Shown piece by piece: positions 1 to 9,309 of a DNA stretch of 64,000 nt. The DNA is from Dehalococcoidia bacterium (GTDB taxonomy: Bacteria; Chloroflexota; Dehalococcoidia; Bin125). Where the stretch lies: contig CAXXRD010000001.1 in NCBI GenBank assembly GCA_963663895.2, positions 672,001-736,000 of the forward strand, given 5' to 3'. The translations under genes and the position numbers were made by a program. The notes under the pieces are model-generated. The model did no database searches, was not told the DNA's origin, and saw nothing but the letters and a program-made list of their open reading frames with translations. The number at the start of each line of letters is the position of its first letter. The first letter of the stretch is position 1.

Positions 1-813
1 ACCGAGGTTCACGTAGTCGTAGCCCGCGATCAGCTTGGCAGTGCGCAATCCCATCTGATCGCGGTCCAGCCCCACGCCGGAGCCGGTCTTGCCCGCGACG
101 TCCCGGGGCTGGATGCGCGCCACCTCAAGACGCTCCTCGTAAGGTACTTCCACCGCCACGACGCGATCGATGAAGATGCCGGGCAGATGCACGTCCTCCG
201 GGTCGATCGCGCCCACCGGAACGATCTTTTCGGCCTCCACCACCACGATCTCCGCCGCCGTCGCCATCGCGGTCTGAAAATTGCGCGTCGTTCCCTCGAA
301 ACGGCAGTTCCCGGCTTCGTCGACTTCGCTGGCCCAGAGGAGCGCGAAGTCGGCCCGCAGCGCCGGCTCCAACAGATACGTGCGGCCGTCGAACTCGCGG
401 ACTTCGCGGTTCTCCTCAAGAGCGGTGCCCGCGCCCGTGAGGGTGTAAAACGCCGCCAGCCCCGCGCCGGCCGCCCGCATACGCTCCGCCAGCGTGCCCT
501 GCGGTACTATCTCGACCTCGATCGCACCCGCAAGGATCTTGTCCTCGAACACCGTGGGCCGCGCGACCTGGGTGGCAGCCGAGCCGATGAATTTCTTGAC
601 CAAGCCGGCTTCGGCCAGCATCTGCGGACCCAGCCGGCCGTAGCCGATCGTGCAGCCGATAACGGTCAGGTCGCCCGCCCCGTGCTCCACCATGGCGGAG
701 AGCAGACTGATCGGCAGCGACATCGTCGGCGCGAAGCCGCCGAACATCACGTGCATCCCCGGCTGAAGCTCCGCGATCGCTTCGAGGGCGCTGGGGACAA
801 CCTTGTTTCGCAT
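1..813 (-). CDS. Fused A/B class I (3-oxoacid/SCOT-like) CoA-transferase, partial (runs off window start)
   Basis: Manual translation from ATG at 813: MRNKVVPSALEAIAELQPGMHVMFGGF...PQGTLAERMRAAGAGLAAFYTLTG...DPEDVHLPGIFID, continuing without a stop into B-subunit sequence (IAGYDYVNLG). Absent from the ORF track because no stop lies in the window. Confidence 0.88.
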   Translation of the reverse strand, partial: MRNKVVPSALEAIAELQPGMHVMFGGFAPTMSLPISLLSAMVEHGAGDLTVIGCTIGYGRLGPQMLAEAGLVKKFIGSAATQVARPTVFEDKILAGAIEVEIVPQGTLAERMRAAGAGLAAFYTLTGAGTALEENREVREFDGRTYLLEPALRADFALLWASEVDEAGNCRFEGTTRNFQTAMATAAEIVVVEAEKIVPVGAIDPEDVHLPGIFIDRVVAVEVPYEERLEVARIQPRDVAGKTGSGVGLDRDQMGLRTAKLIAGYDYVNLG

Positions 814-954
814 ACACACCCCATCGGACCGTGGCGGCAGGGCCACGAACCGTGAAAATATCGCACGCGCGGCGGCAGGCGGCCAGATCCCGGCGCCGGC
901 TCTTGGTGCCGGTCCGAGGGTCACCAGCGCATTCGCGACGGATTAGTATGGCGT

Positions 955-1692
955 ATGCATCTCGAAATCGCTGCCGCGACCGACGTGGGCCTGCTGCGCA
1001 AGCGCAACGAAGACTGCGTGCGCGTCCGCTCCGACGGCGGACTCGGTGTGACGATCCTGGCCGTCGCCGACGGAATGGGCGGCGCTCCCGCCGGCGACGT
1101 GGCCAGCGCGCGGGCGGTCGAGATCTTTCAGCAGCGCGCCCTCGATCTGCTCGCTCAAGAGCCCGGCGATGTCGAGCAGGCCCTGCGCACCGCGATGCTG
1201 GAGGCCAACGCCGAAGTCCTGGCGCAAGCGCGGAAGCATGCGTGCTGGCAGGGAATGGGAACCACCCTCGTCGCGGCCTGTCTGCGGGGGACCAGCGCTT
1301 GGGTGATCAATCTAGGCGACAGCCGCGCCTACCATTGCCGCGGCGGGGACGCGACCGCCATCACGCAGGACCATGCCTATGTCGAGGAGCAGGTGCGCGC
1401 GGGCCGGATGACGCCGGAGGAGGCAGCGAGGAGCCCGCACCGCCACGTGCTCACCCAAGCGCTCGGCGGCGACGGCCCGATCCGGCCGGACCTCTTCGGA
1501 CCGCTGTCGCTTGAGGCAGGCGAAGCGCTGTTGCTCTGCTCGGACGGACTCCACAGCGTGCTGAGCGAAGCCGAGATCGCCGCGCAGGCGACGGGCATGC
1601 CCAGCGAGGCCGTGAGGCGGCTCATCGCCGCCGCCAACGATCGCGGCGGACCGGACAACATCACCGTCGCTCTCACGCGCCTGCGTCCCTAG
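955..1692 (+). CDS. PP2C-family Ser/Thr protein phosphatase (Stp1/PrpC type)
   Basis: Motifs RKRNED, VADGMGG, GMGTT, GDSRAY, TQDH, LLCSDGL, GGPDNIT. Confidence 0.95.
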   Translation: MHLEIAAATDVGLLRKRNEDCVRVRSDGGLGVTILAVADGMGGAPAGDVASARAVEIFQQRALDLLAQEPGDVEQALRTAMLEANAEVLAQARKHACWQGMGTTLVAACLRGTSAWVINLGDSRAYHCRGGDATAITQDHAYVEEQVRAGRMTPEEAARSPHRHVLTQALGGDGPIRPDLFGPLSLEAGEALLLCSDGLHSVLSEAEIAAQATGMPSEAVRRLIAAANDRGGPDNITVALTRLRP

Positions 1693-1750
1693 CGCCCGCG
1701 CACGCAAACGCCGCGCCGGCGCGGCGCCGCCAGGCACTGCGAGCGAACGT

Positions 1751-1779
1751 TTGACGCGCCCCGGACGCCCTCGTAGGCT
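1751..1779 (+). promoter_or_regulatory. Putative sigma70 promoter of the MetE2-type gene
   Basis: TTGACG-N17-TAGGCT, with GGAG SD at 1809-1812 before ATG 1819. Confidence 0.6.
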
Positions 1780-1818
1780 CGCGCCGCGCGGACCGTAGTG
1801 CCGCGGATGGAGCGTCCC

Positions 1819-2979
1819 ATGCAGCGCAGCGACGACCGAATCCTCACCACCCACGTGGGCAGCCTGCCCCGCAGCCCCGCCTTCACCGATCTGATCCTGC
1901 AGCGCGAGCGTGGCGAGCACTTCGACGCGGCGGAGTTCGAGCGCGCAGCGGGCCAGGCGATCGCGCATGTGGTGCGCGAGCAGATCGCCGCCGGCATCGA
2001 CGTGATCAACGACGGCGAGCAGCCGCGTCCCGGCTTCTCCACCTACGTCTATCAGCGCATGCAGGGCTTCGGCGGCGTGAGCGAGCGGCCGGTCCTGCGC
2101 GATATGGACGAGTACCCCGACTACGCGGAGATGGTAGTGGCGCGGCTCAAGAACACCGCCAAGATGATGGACGCGCCCCAAGCGATCGCCGCGGTCTCCT
2201 ACGAGGACCTCAGCGAGGCGCGGCGGGAGTGCGATCTCTTCCGGGAGGCGAGCGAGGCGCACGCCGGCCGCTTCGTCGAGCGGTTCATGTCCGCCGCCTC
2301 GCCGGGGATCATCTCCACCACCCTACTCAACGCGCACTACCCGACGCACGAGGACTACGTCTTCGCGCTGGCGCGGGAGATGAAGAAAGAGTACGCGTTC
2401 GTCACCTCGCAGGGCTACCTGCTGCAGATCGACTGCCCCGATCTGGCGATGGAGTGGTCGTTCGCGCTGAAGGGCATCAACCTGGACGACTTCAAGCAGA
2501 CCGTGGCGACGCACATCGAGGCGATCAACGTCGCAACGGAAGGGATCGCGCCGGATCGCATTCGTCTCCACGTCTGCTGGGGGAACTACGACGGCCCGCA
2601 CGTACACGACATCGCCCTGGAGGAGATCCTGCCCATCCTCTACGAGGCCAAGGTGGGCGCGCTTTCCCTGGGCTTCGCCAACCCGCGCCACCAGCACGAG
2701 CTCGCGGTGATCAAGGCGAACCCGCCCCCCGGTGAGATGCTCTTCCTGCCCGGCGTGATCGACTCGACGACGAACTACGTGGAGCACCCGGAAGTGGTGG
2801 CGCAGCGCATCGAGGCCGCCGCGGACGCGGTCGGGGATCCGAGGCGCGTCATCGCCTCCACGGATTGCGGCTTCGGCACCTTCGCCGGCTGGCAGATGGT
2901 CGCCGAGAGCGTCGTCTGGGAGAAACTCCGCGCGCTGCGGGAGGGCGCCGCCATCGCCTCGCAGCGTCTCTGGGGCTGA
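1819..2979 (+). CDS. Cobalamin-independent methionine synthase II family protein (single-barrel MetE2/EaCoMT-like)
   Basis: TTHVGSLPR, DGEQ, LQIDCPDL, LHVCWGN, PGVID, TDCGF motifs. Confidence 0.9.
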   Translation: MQRSDDRILTTHVGSLPRSPAFTDLILQRERGEHFDAAEFERAAGQAIAHVVREQIAAGIDVINDGEQPRPGFSTYVYQRMQGFGGVSERPVLRDMDEYPDYAEMVVARLKNTAKMMDAPQAIAAVSYEDLSEARRECDLFREASEAHAGRFVERFMSAASPGIISTTLLNAHYPTHEDYVFALAREMKKEYAFVTSQGYLLQIDCPDLAMEWSFALKGINLDDFKQTVATHIEAINVATEGIAPDRIRLHVCWGNYDGPHVHDIALEEILPILYEAKVGALSLGFANPRHQHELAVIKANPPPGEMLFLPGVIDSTTNYVEHPEVVAQRIEAAADAVGDPRRVIASTDCGFGTFAGWQMVAESVVWEKLRALREGAAIASQRLWG

Positions 2980-3022
2980 GCACCGAAGACGAAGCTCCGG
3001 GCCTTCCCGGATTCGGCCGGAG

Positions 3023-3949
3023 CTAGCCGAAGATCGCCTTGGGCAGATAGGCCGCGACGACCCAATTCGGCTGGTCGACGATCTCGCTGATCCGCAGATC
3101 AACCGCGACGCTGCAAAGCATGTAGGCCAGCGCCGGCTCCAGCCCGTACTCCCGGCCGATGTGCTCGATCATGTCGCGCAGGGAGTCCTTGGCGGCCTCC
3201 ATGAGGTCGGGGCCGATCCCCGTCGTCGCGTAGTAGCCGCGCTCGTCGACGTGCCGCGTGGGGCTGCCGTCCATCTCGAACTGCGGGCGCTTGATCCCCG
3301 CGTCCTTGCGGAGAGTGATGCGCAGCCGCACGTTCATGGCCGTCTCGATGGCGGTGCCGCAGACCTCGCCGTCGCCCTGGGCTGCGTGGGTGTCGCCGAC
3401 GGAGAGCAGGCCGCCCGCGACCTGCACGGGCAGCCAGAGGCGCGCGCCGATCGTGAGGTCGCGGATGTCGACGTTGCCGCCCACCGCGCGGGGCGGCACG
3501 ATCGAATGCAAGCCGGGCTCCGCGGGCGCGAGCCCCACCGTCCCGGCGAACGGCCGGAAGGGCAGCGTGATCCCGGGCTCGAAGTACACCGACTGCCGGT
3601 CGTACTCCGAGATATGAAAAGCGGGTTCGGGAAAGTCCTCGGCCAACAGGCCGAACCCCGGAATCGAGGCGGTCCAGCCCCAGCCGCTCTCCTGCAGATC
3701 CAGCACCTCGACCCCGACCGCGTCCCCCGGCTCGGCCCCTTCCACGAAGACCGGGCCCGCGACCGGGTTGACCCGCGTGAAGTCGAGCGCCGGCACGTCG
3801 GCCGGTGTCGTCGCGCGCGTGTACTGGCCGGTGCTGGCGTCCATGCACTCGAACTCCACCTCGTCGCCGGGCACGACCCGCAGCGCGGGCGCGAAGCTGT
3901 TGTCCCAACCGAAATTGTGCTCGTGCCGATGAATGGTCTTGAACGCCAT
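3023..3949 (-). CDS. Acetamidase/formamidase family protein
   Basis: NPVAGPVFVEGAEPGD, GGNVD, GDTHAAQGDGEVCGTAIE, AYMLCS motifs. Confidence 0.93.
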   Translation of the reverse strand: MAFKTIHRHEHNFGWDNSFAPALRVVPGDEVEFECMDASTGQYTRATTPADVPALDFTRVNPVAGPVFVEGAEPGDAVGVEVLDLQESGWGWTASIPGFGLLAEDFPEPAFHISEYDRQSVYFEPGITLPFRPFAGTVGLAPAEPGLHSIVPPRAVGGNVDIRDLTIGARLWLPVQVAGGLLSVGDTHAAQGDGEVCGTAIETAMNVRLRITLRKDAGIKRPQFEMDGSPTRHVDERGYYATTGIGPDLMEAAKDSLRDMIEHIGREYGLEPALAYMLCSVAVDLRISEIVDQPNWVVAAYLPKAIFG

Positions 3950-4103
3950 GACGGTCTCCTCTTGCGGCGCTTCGCCCGGCGCCGCGGCCCGAGTCTAGCC
4001 GCTCCGGCCGCCCCATCTCCGGCGGCCGGGAGTCTGCAGAGGCCCGGCGTTGGAATGTGACGGCGTAGGCAGGGCGGGTTGCAGCGGGTTACCATCGAGT
4101 CGC

Positions 4104-6650
4104 ATGGCAAACCCCGCTGCGTCAACTGCCAACCCAAGAAGCCGGGTTACGCCGCTCGCCCTGGACTCAGGCGAATTCGTTAGCGACATCCCAGTCCGGA
4201 TGAGCTACGAGATCATCAAGCTCTTCTCGGAAGGGCTCTACCAGAGTCCACACAAGGCAGTAGAGGAACTCGTCGCGAACGCCTACGACGCAGGTGCCGA
4301 GAACGCCTGGGTATTCACCGCGAGAGATGAGTACCCCGAGGACTCGCTCTGGGTGATTGACGATGGTTCCGGCATGGACAGCCACGGATTCGAAGTCTTA
4401 TGGCACGTCGCAGACCCACACAAGTCCATCGATTCAGGAACTGGCGTCGCGGGTCGGGTCGCGATCGGGCAGTTCGGGATTGGCAAACTCGCAGCGTACG
4501 TCCTCGCAGAGCGACTAACGCACCTCTCGAAGCGCGACGACCGCTACCTCCTCACCTCAATGGACTTCACGCGTGTCACCGAGCACCATCAGTGGGAGAA
4601 CCCAGAGGACATCAAGATCCAACTGAGAAAACTCACCGAAGAAGAGGCGATGGGGTTGCTCCGCGAGATCGCTGACCGAGACGACGAGCAAGTCTGCTGG
4701 TCCCGGCTCTTCGGTCCCACCGCCTGCACGTCCTGGACCGCGGCCGCGCTAAGCGAGTTCAAGCCCCTAATGGACGACTTCCAGGTGGGCACCCTCAGCT
4801 GGGTCCTCCGGACCGGTCTGCCCATCCTGTCGAACTTTCACATCGTCCTGAATGGCTCGATTCTCGAAAGTCCGAAGGTCGAGCTCGATCCGCTCGATAT
4901 ATTCCCATTTGGCGGTGACGACGAGGAGGTCGAGAAGCTCAAGAAGGAGGGAACCTCCATCAAGGCGACGGCAGAAGGAGTGATCATCGAAGGAATTCCG
5001 GGCGTCATAAACGGATCCGCCACTGTTTACGCAAGCGCGCTCGAAGGGGGGAAGTCAGACCGTTACTCGCGTAGCTACGGAATCTTCGTGAAAGTCAAGC
5101 AGCGAATCGTCAATCTAGAGAATGAGACCTTCGGTCTGCCGGCGCAGAACCACGCTGCCTGGAACCGAAGCGTTATCCGCGTCGAGGCGGACGGCCTTAG
5201 CGAGTTCCTTCAGTCTTCCCGCGAGGGTGTGAGAGAGACGAGAGAAACGCGTGCACTGCAGCAGTACCTCCACGAGAAGTTCCTGAGATGTAGACGCACC
5301 TACGAGGCATACCTCGACCAGCAGTTGGTCGGCGACGAAATTCACCGATTGGTGGCTGAGGGTCCGTCTCCATTCATGACTGATCCGCTGATTGACGCAG
5401 TGCGTCGTGGCATAGCCAATCCAGGGTCCCAGATGTTCTATTTGCGACGTCCGGCCGAAGGGGAAGCCACCGACCTTGAAGAATGGGTTGCGGAGTTCGA
5501 GACCGCCGCGGCAGACGAACCGATCAGCGATATCGCTCTGACAGAGGCCGGCCGTTACGCACCGGTTGCATCGTACGAGCCGACAACGCGAATCCTCCAC
5601 GTGAATCGAGACCATCCGTTCGTCGCCCATCTGGTTCAGCAAAGTCGAGGGGCGACGCCGTGGAAGCTGTTCGCAACCTCGGAGCTTCTCCTAGAAGCGA
5701 TCGTCCGTGCGATTGGGGTCCCCAATCAGGAAATAGAGCAGTTGCTCCGTTACCGTGATCGGATTCTGAGAATCCTCCTGAAGGATAAGCCGGCGGTTAT
5801 CGGCGATGTACTCGGTCTCCTCGCTGTGGCGGGCACTGATAAGACTGCTATGGAGCGGGCAACCGGAGCTGCGTTCGAGACACTCGGCTTCGACTATGAG
5901 AAGCGGGGCGGGAGCGGCGGAGGAACCGACGGTGTGCTCGAAGCCAAGCTCGGCGTACTGCCGGGGTCCAACAAGCGAACGAGCTTCAAGCTGGTCTTCG
6001 ACTCAAAGACGAGCAGCGGAGCGGTTCCGAACGAGAGGGTACGGTTCGCCGCCCTTCATCGATTCCAGAACGCTGAGAAGGCTGACTTCGCATTCACCGT
6101 CGCCGATAGGTTCCAAGGAGAAGATAACATTCAATCGGCACTGAACACCGAGGCCGAGAACGAAAAGGTGACAGTTCTCACAACCTCCGATTTGGAGCGC
6201 TTGCTCCGGCTACACGCGTCCTTCGGCATCCCACTGTCAACGATGCGCGAGCTCTTTGCAGGGCCGTACAGGGGCTCCGCGCCGCGCGGTGACGAAGATC
6301 CGAAGGGACACTTCAGTCGGCAGGACGTGCTCCAGTGGCTTGACTGGCTCAAGTCTGAACTCGAAAGCACTGAGAACCGAATTCCGGTGCGCCAGCTTCT
6401 TGAGAGGCTCGATGCTCAGAAAGTGGATCCCTATGATCCGCCACGGATCTCCCGAGTCCGTCTCCTTGACTCAGAGTTCCTAAACTTCAACCCGGATCGG
6501 CTTGAAGCAGCCCTAGAAGGCATCCAAGCTGTGATAGGCGGAAATTACCTTCTGGTTGAAGATGACAGGGTTTACCTCTATCAGACTGTGGACGAGATTC
6601 TGAACAGCTACGACAAGGCTGTTGAGTCAGAGTTGCAGAGTCGCCCGTGA
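4104..6650 (+). CDS. GHKL (MORC-like/HATPase_c_3) ATPase fused to a C-terminal PD-(D/E)xK restriction-endonuclease-like domain
   Basis: Bergerat motifs ELVANAYDA, DDGSGM, GQFGIGKLA; VNRDHP motif; Mrr-like segment ERATGAAFETLGF...GGTDGV...VFDSKT. Start could be 4050, 4104 or 4200. Confidence 0.8.
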   Translation: MANPAASTANPRSRVTPLALDSGEFVSDIPVRMSYEIIKLFSEGLYQSPHKAVEELVANAYDAGAENAWVFTARDEYPEDSLWVIDDGSGMDSHGFEVLWHVADPHKSIDSGTGVAGRVAIGQFGIGKLAAYVLAERLTHLSKRDDRYLLTSMDFTRVTEHHQWENPEDIKIQLRKLTEEEAMGLLREIADRDDEQVCWSRLFGPTACTSWTAAALSEFKPLMDDFQVGTLSWVLRTGLPILSNFHIVLNGSILESPKVELDPLDIFPFGGDDEEVEKLKKEGTSIKATAEGVIIEGIPGVINGSATVYASALEGGKSDRYSRSYGIFVKVKQRIVNLENETFGLPAQNHAAWNRSVIRVEADGLSEFLQSSREGVRETRETRALQQYLHEKFLRCRRTYEAYLDQQLVGDEIHRLVAEGPSPFMTDPLIDAVRRGIANPGSQMFYLRRPAEGEATDLEEWVAEFETAAADEPISDIALTEAGRYAPVASYEPTTRILHVNRDHPFVAHLVQQSRGATPWKLFATSELLLEAIVRAIGVPNQEIEQLLRYRDRILRILLKDKPAVIGDVLGLLAVAGTDKTAMERATGAAFETLGFDYEKRGGSGGGTDGVLEAKLGVLPGSNKRTSFKLVFDSKTSSGAVPNERVRFAALHRFQNAEKADFAFTVADRFQGEDNIQSALNTEAENEKVTVLTTSDLERLLRLHASFGIPLSTMRELFAGPYRGSAPRGDEDPKGHFSRQDVLQWLDWLKSELESTENRIPVRQLLERLDAQKVDPYDPPRISRVRLLDSEFLNFNPDRLEAALEGIQAVIGGNYLLVEDDRVYLYQTVDEILNSYDKAVESELQSRP

Positions 6651-7810
6651 AGCCCGTCCACCCATTTCCTGCTCGTATGGCCCCCGATGTTGCTCTCGCA
6701 GCCTTGAATAACCTCCTGCCCGGAGCATCTGTACTAGATCCGCTTGCCGGGTCCGGTACTGTGCTCCGCGCCGCGAGCGACCGAGGTCTGGAGGCGCTTG
6801 GTGCCGACCTCGATCCGTTGGCAGTGCTAATGAGCCGTGTCTGGACTACGCCGCTCGATCCGAACGCACTCGTGGAAGCGGCTGAAAGCGCAGTTGTTCA
6901 CGCGCAACGCTTGAAAGAGCCCGAACTGTCGTGGATCGACACTGATCCCATGACTATCGCGTTTATTGAGTACTGGTTTGCTGAGCGCCAGCGAGCCGAG
7001 CTCCGTCGCCTCGCGCGGGTGCTTGCCTGCGCCGAGGCCGGACCAACAACTGATGCACTGATGTTGGCTCTGAGCAAAATCATCGTCACGAAGGACCGCG
7101 GTGCGAGCCTCGCGCGAGATGTCTCCCACAGTCGGCCTCATCGAGTAGCGCTGAGCAACGACTACCCAACCTACGAAGGTTTCTTGCGCGCCACTCGACA
7201 GATAGCAGCCGCGCTTGCTGCGGAGCCTCCAACCGGGAACGTCGATATTCGACTAGGCGACGCTCGATCGCTCAGTTGGATAGATGACGATTCTATCGAT
7301 GTGGTCGTCACATCCCCTCCATATCTCAACGCGATTGACTACATACGGGGCCATCGACTGGCGCTCGTGTGGCTCGGATTCTCAGTAGCTGCTTTACGGG
7401 AGATCAGAAGCGCCAGCATCGGTGCTGAGCGAGCCGAACGCGAACGCCGCGACCGCACGCTTTCGATGCTAACCGCAGAGCTTCCGGACCTTGCGAGCCT
7501 ACCCAAGAGGACTCAGCGGATCATGCTCCGCTACCGAAATGACCTCGAAGTGACGATGTCGGAGTTGGCGCGTGTGCTGCGTAGCAGCGGGCGCGCAGTG
7601 ATCGTCGTAGGAAACTCGACTCTCAAAGGTGTCTTCGTCGATAACGCTCAGGCTGTGGCTCTTGCCGCCGCAGAGTCAGGTCTCAGGCTCATCGCCCGTA
7701 AGACTCGTGAATTGCCAGCGTCGCACAGATACTTGCCACCCCCCGCAGCTACGGGAGCGCTGAGCAAGCGCATGCGAGAAGAGGTGATCCTGACCTTCCA
7801 ACATGCTTGA
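6647..7810 (+). CDS. DNA methyltransferase, probably N4-cytosine (alpha-type motif order)
   Basis: HPFPARM (motif X), DPLAGSGT (motif I) at the N-terminus, VVTSPPY (motif IV) later; GTG start overlaps the upstream TGA (GTGA coupling). Confidence 0.88.
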   Translation: MKPVHPFPARMAPDVALAALNNLLPGASVLDPLAGSGTVLRAASDRGLEALGADLDPLAVLMSRVWTTPLDPNALVEAAESAVVHAQRLKEPELSWIDTDPMTIAFIEYWFAERQRAELRRLARVLACAEAGPTTDALMLALSKIIVTKDRGASLARDVSHSRPHRVALSNDYPTYEGFLRATRQIAAALAAEPPTGNVDIRLGDARSLSWIDDDSIDVVVTSPPYLNAIDYIRGHRLALVWLGFSVAALREIRSASIGAERAERERRDRTLSMLTAELPDLASLPKRTQRIMLRYRNDLEVTMSELARVLRSSGRAVIVVGNSTLKGVFVDNAQAVALAAAESGLRLIARKTRELPASHRYLPPPAATGALSKRMREEVILTFQHA

Positions 7811-8039
7811 TCCGTGGCCTATGCACCGAGGGATAGCGTGCAACTCGCACAGGTGGACCACTAGCTCTGGAAAGGAACGTGCCGCGAGTGCGTCGCTCGG
7901 CGAATCAGACTGCGTCGCACCGAGTCTGGACTGACCTTAAGTCACACTGCTCCGAACAGGAGACCTGTTCACTCTAGAACGCGAGTCGGACGTGAAAAGG
8001 GACGGCGCATCCCATTTCGCACGAGCACGTTAGACGCCC

Positions 8040-8801
8040 ATGGCTGAGCTGCCGATCCTGCTATCGATTCCGCACGCGGGCACGCGCATCCCGCCCGAGA
8101 TCGAGGGCCGCGTGAGCCTGAGCCCGCTCCAACTCCTCTACGCCAGCGACGCCTTCGCCGACCGTATCTACGATCTCGGCGCCGATGCGGCGGCGGTCGT
8201 CAAAACCGACGTCGCCCGCGCCTGCGTCGATGTGAACCGGTCGCCGCTGGCGCGCCCCCCGGCCGTCGTGGACGGGATCGTAAAGCGCATGACCGCGAAC
8301 GACCGCCCCGTCTATCACCCGGGGCGCGAGCCGGGCGAGGCGCTGACCGACGCCCTGATCGCGCGCTACGCGGAGCCGTATCACGTCGGCATCATGCGGG
8401 CACTGCGCCGGCCGGGCCTCCAGCTCGCCCTCGACTGCCACTCGATGGCCCGCAGCGGCCTCGCCCGCCAGCGCGACCACGGGCAGTCCCGCCCCTCTTT
8501 CTGCCTCAGCTCGCGCTTCGGGGCCAGCGCGCCCGACGAGCTGCTGCACGCTCTGGGCGACGCGCTGCGCGACGCCTTCGGGTTGCCGGAAACGGAGATC
8601 GGCTACCACCGTCCCTTCGCCGGCGGCTACATCACATCCCGTTACGGGCGCGGGACCTTACCCTGGATCCAGGTGGAGATAAACCGCCAGCTCTACGTGC
8701 GGCCGCCCTGGTTCGACAAGGCGTCGCGTACGATGGATCCGCGGCGGCTGGCGGAGCTGCGCGGCGCCTTCCGCGCGGCCCTGCGGTCGCTCCGCCTCTA
8801 G
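8040..8801 (+). CDS. N-formylglutamate amidohydrolase family protein
   Basis: LSIPHAG, RACVDVNR, PYH, LDCHSM, PFAGGYIT, IQVEINR motifs. Confidence 0.9.
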   Translation: MAELPILLSIPHAGTRIPPEIEGRVSLSPLQLLYASDAFADRIYDLGADAAAVVKTDVARACVDVNRSPLARPPAVVDGIVKRMTANDRPVYHPGREPGEALTDALIARYAEPYHVGIMRALRRPGLQLALDCHSMARSGLARQRDHGQSRPSFCLSSRFGASAPDELLHALGDALRDAFGLPETEIGYHRPFAGGYITSRYGRGTLPWIQVEINRQLYVRPPWFDKASRTMDPRRLAELRGAFRAALRSLRL

Positions 8802-8864
8802 CGCCGGCCTCCCGGCGAGCAGCAAGCACTACGGCGCCAGACCGAAACCTGAGAAGAGGAGCCA

Positions 8865-9278
8865 ATGCCCGACATCCAGTCCCTCCCGTCCGTTCCCGAG
8901 AGCCACGCCGGCCTGCTGGGCGCGCCGCACTTCGCGCACGTCTGCACGATCAACGCCGACGGCAGCCCGCAAACCTCGCCGGTCTGGCTCAACCGCGAGG
9001 GCGCCGTGATCTGCCTCAACAGCGCCGAAGGCCGCCGCAAGATCGCCAACATGCGGCGCGACCCGCGCGTCGCCATCTCGATCATCGACGCGGCCAACCC
9101 CTACCGCTACGTCGAGCTGCGCGGGCGCGTGATCGAGATGGCGCACGAGGGCGCCGACGCCCACATCGACCAGCTCGCCAAGGACTACCTGGGCGTGGAC
9201 GAATACCCCTACCGATCCCCCGGGGAGCAGCGGGTCCTGATCCGGATCGCGGTCGAGCACGTCGTGGCGCTGAACTGA
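8865..9278 (+). CDS. PPOX-class F420-dependent oxidoreductase
   Basis: TINADGSPQTSPVW, GRRKIANMRRDPRVAISI, PYRYVELRG, LAKDYLG motifs; GAGGAG SD. Confidence 0.92.
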   Translation: MPDIQSLPSVPESHAGLLGAPHFAHVCTINADGSPQTSPVWLNREGAVICLNSAEGRRKIANMRRDPRVAISIIDAANPYRYVELRGRVIEMAHEGADAHIDQLAKDYLGVDEYPYRSPGEQRVLIRIAVEHVVALN

Positions 9279-9309
9279 GCCGTTGCCGCCCGGCCCGCGC
9301 CGGCCGAGG

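Larger units (their letters stand above)
4050..8035. mobile_element. Lower-GC accessory (defence-like) island, no integrase seen
   Basis: Visibly more A/T-rich codon usage than the flanking formamidase and formylglutamate amidohydrolase genes; boundaries approximate. Confidence 0.6.

Noticed and set aside
4030-8035. Terminal inverted repeats or target duplication around the RM-like island
   Set aside because: Only a weak 10/14 inverted similarity was found by eye; not convincing.
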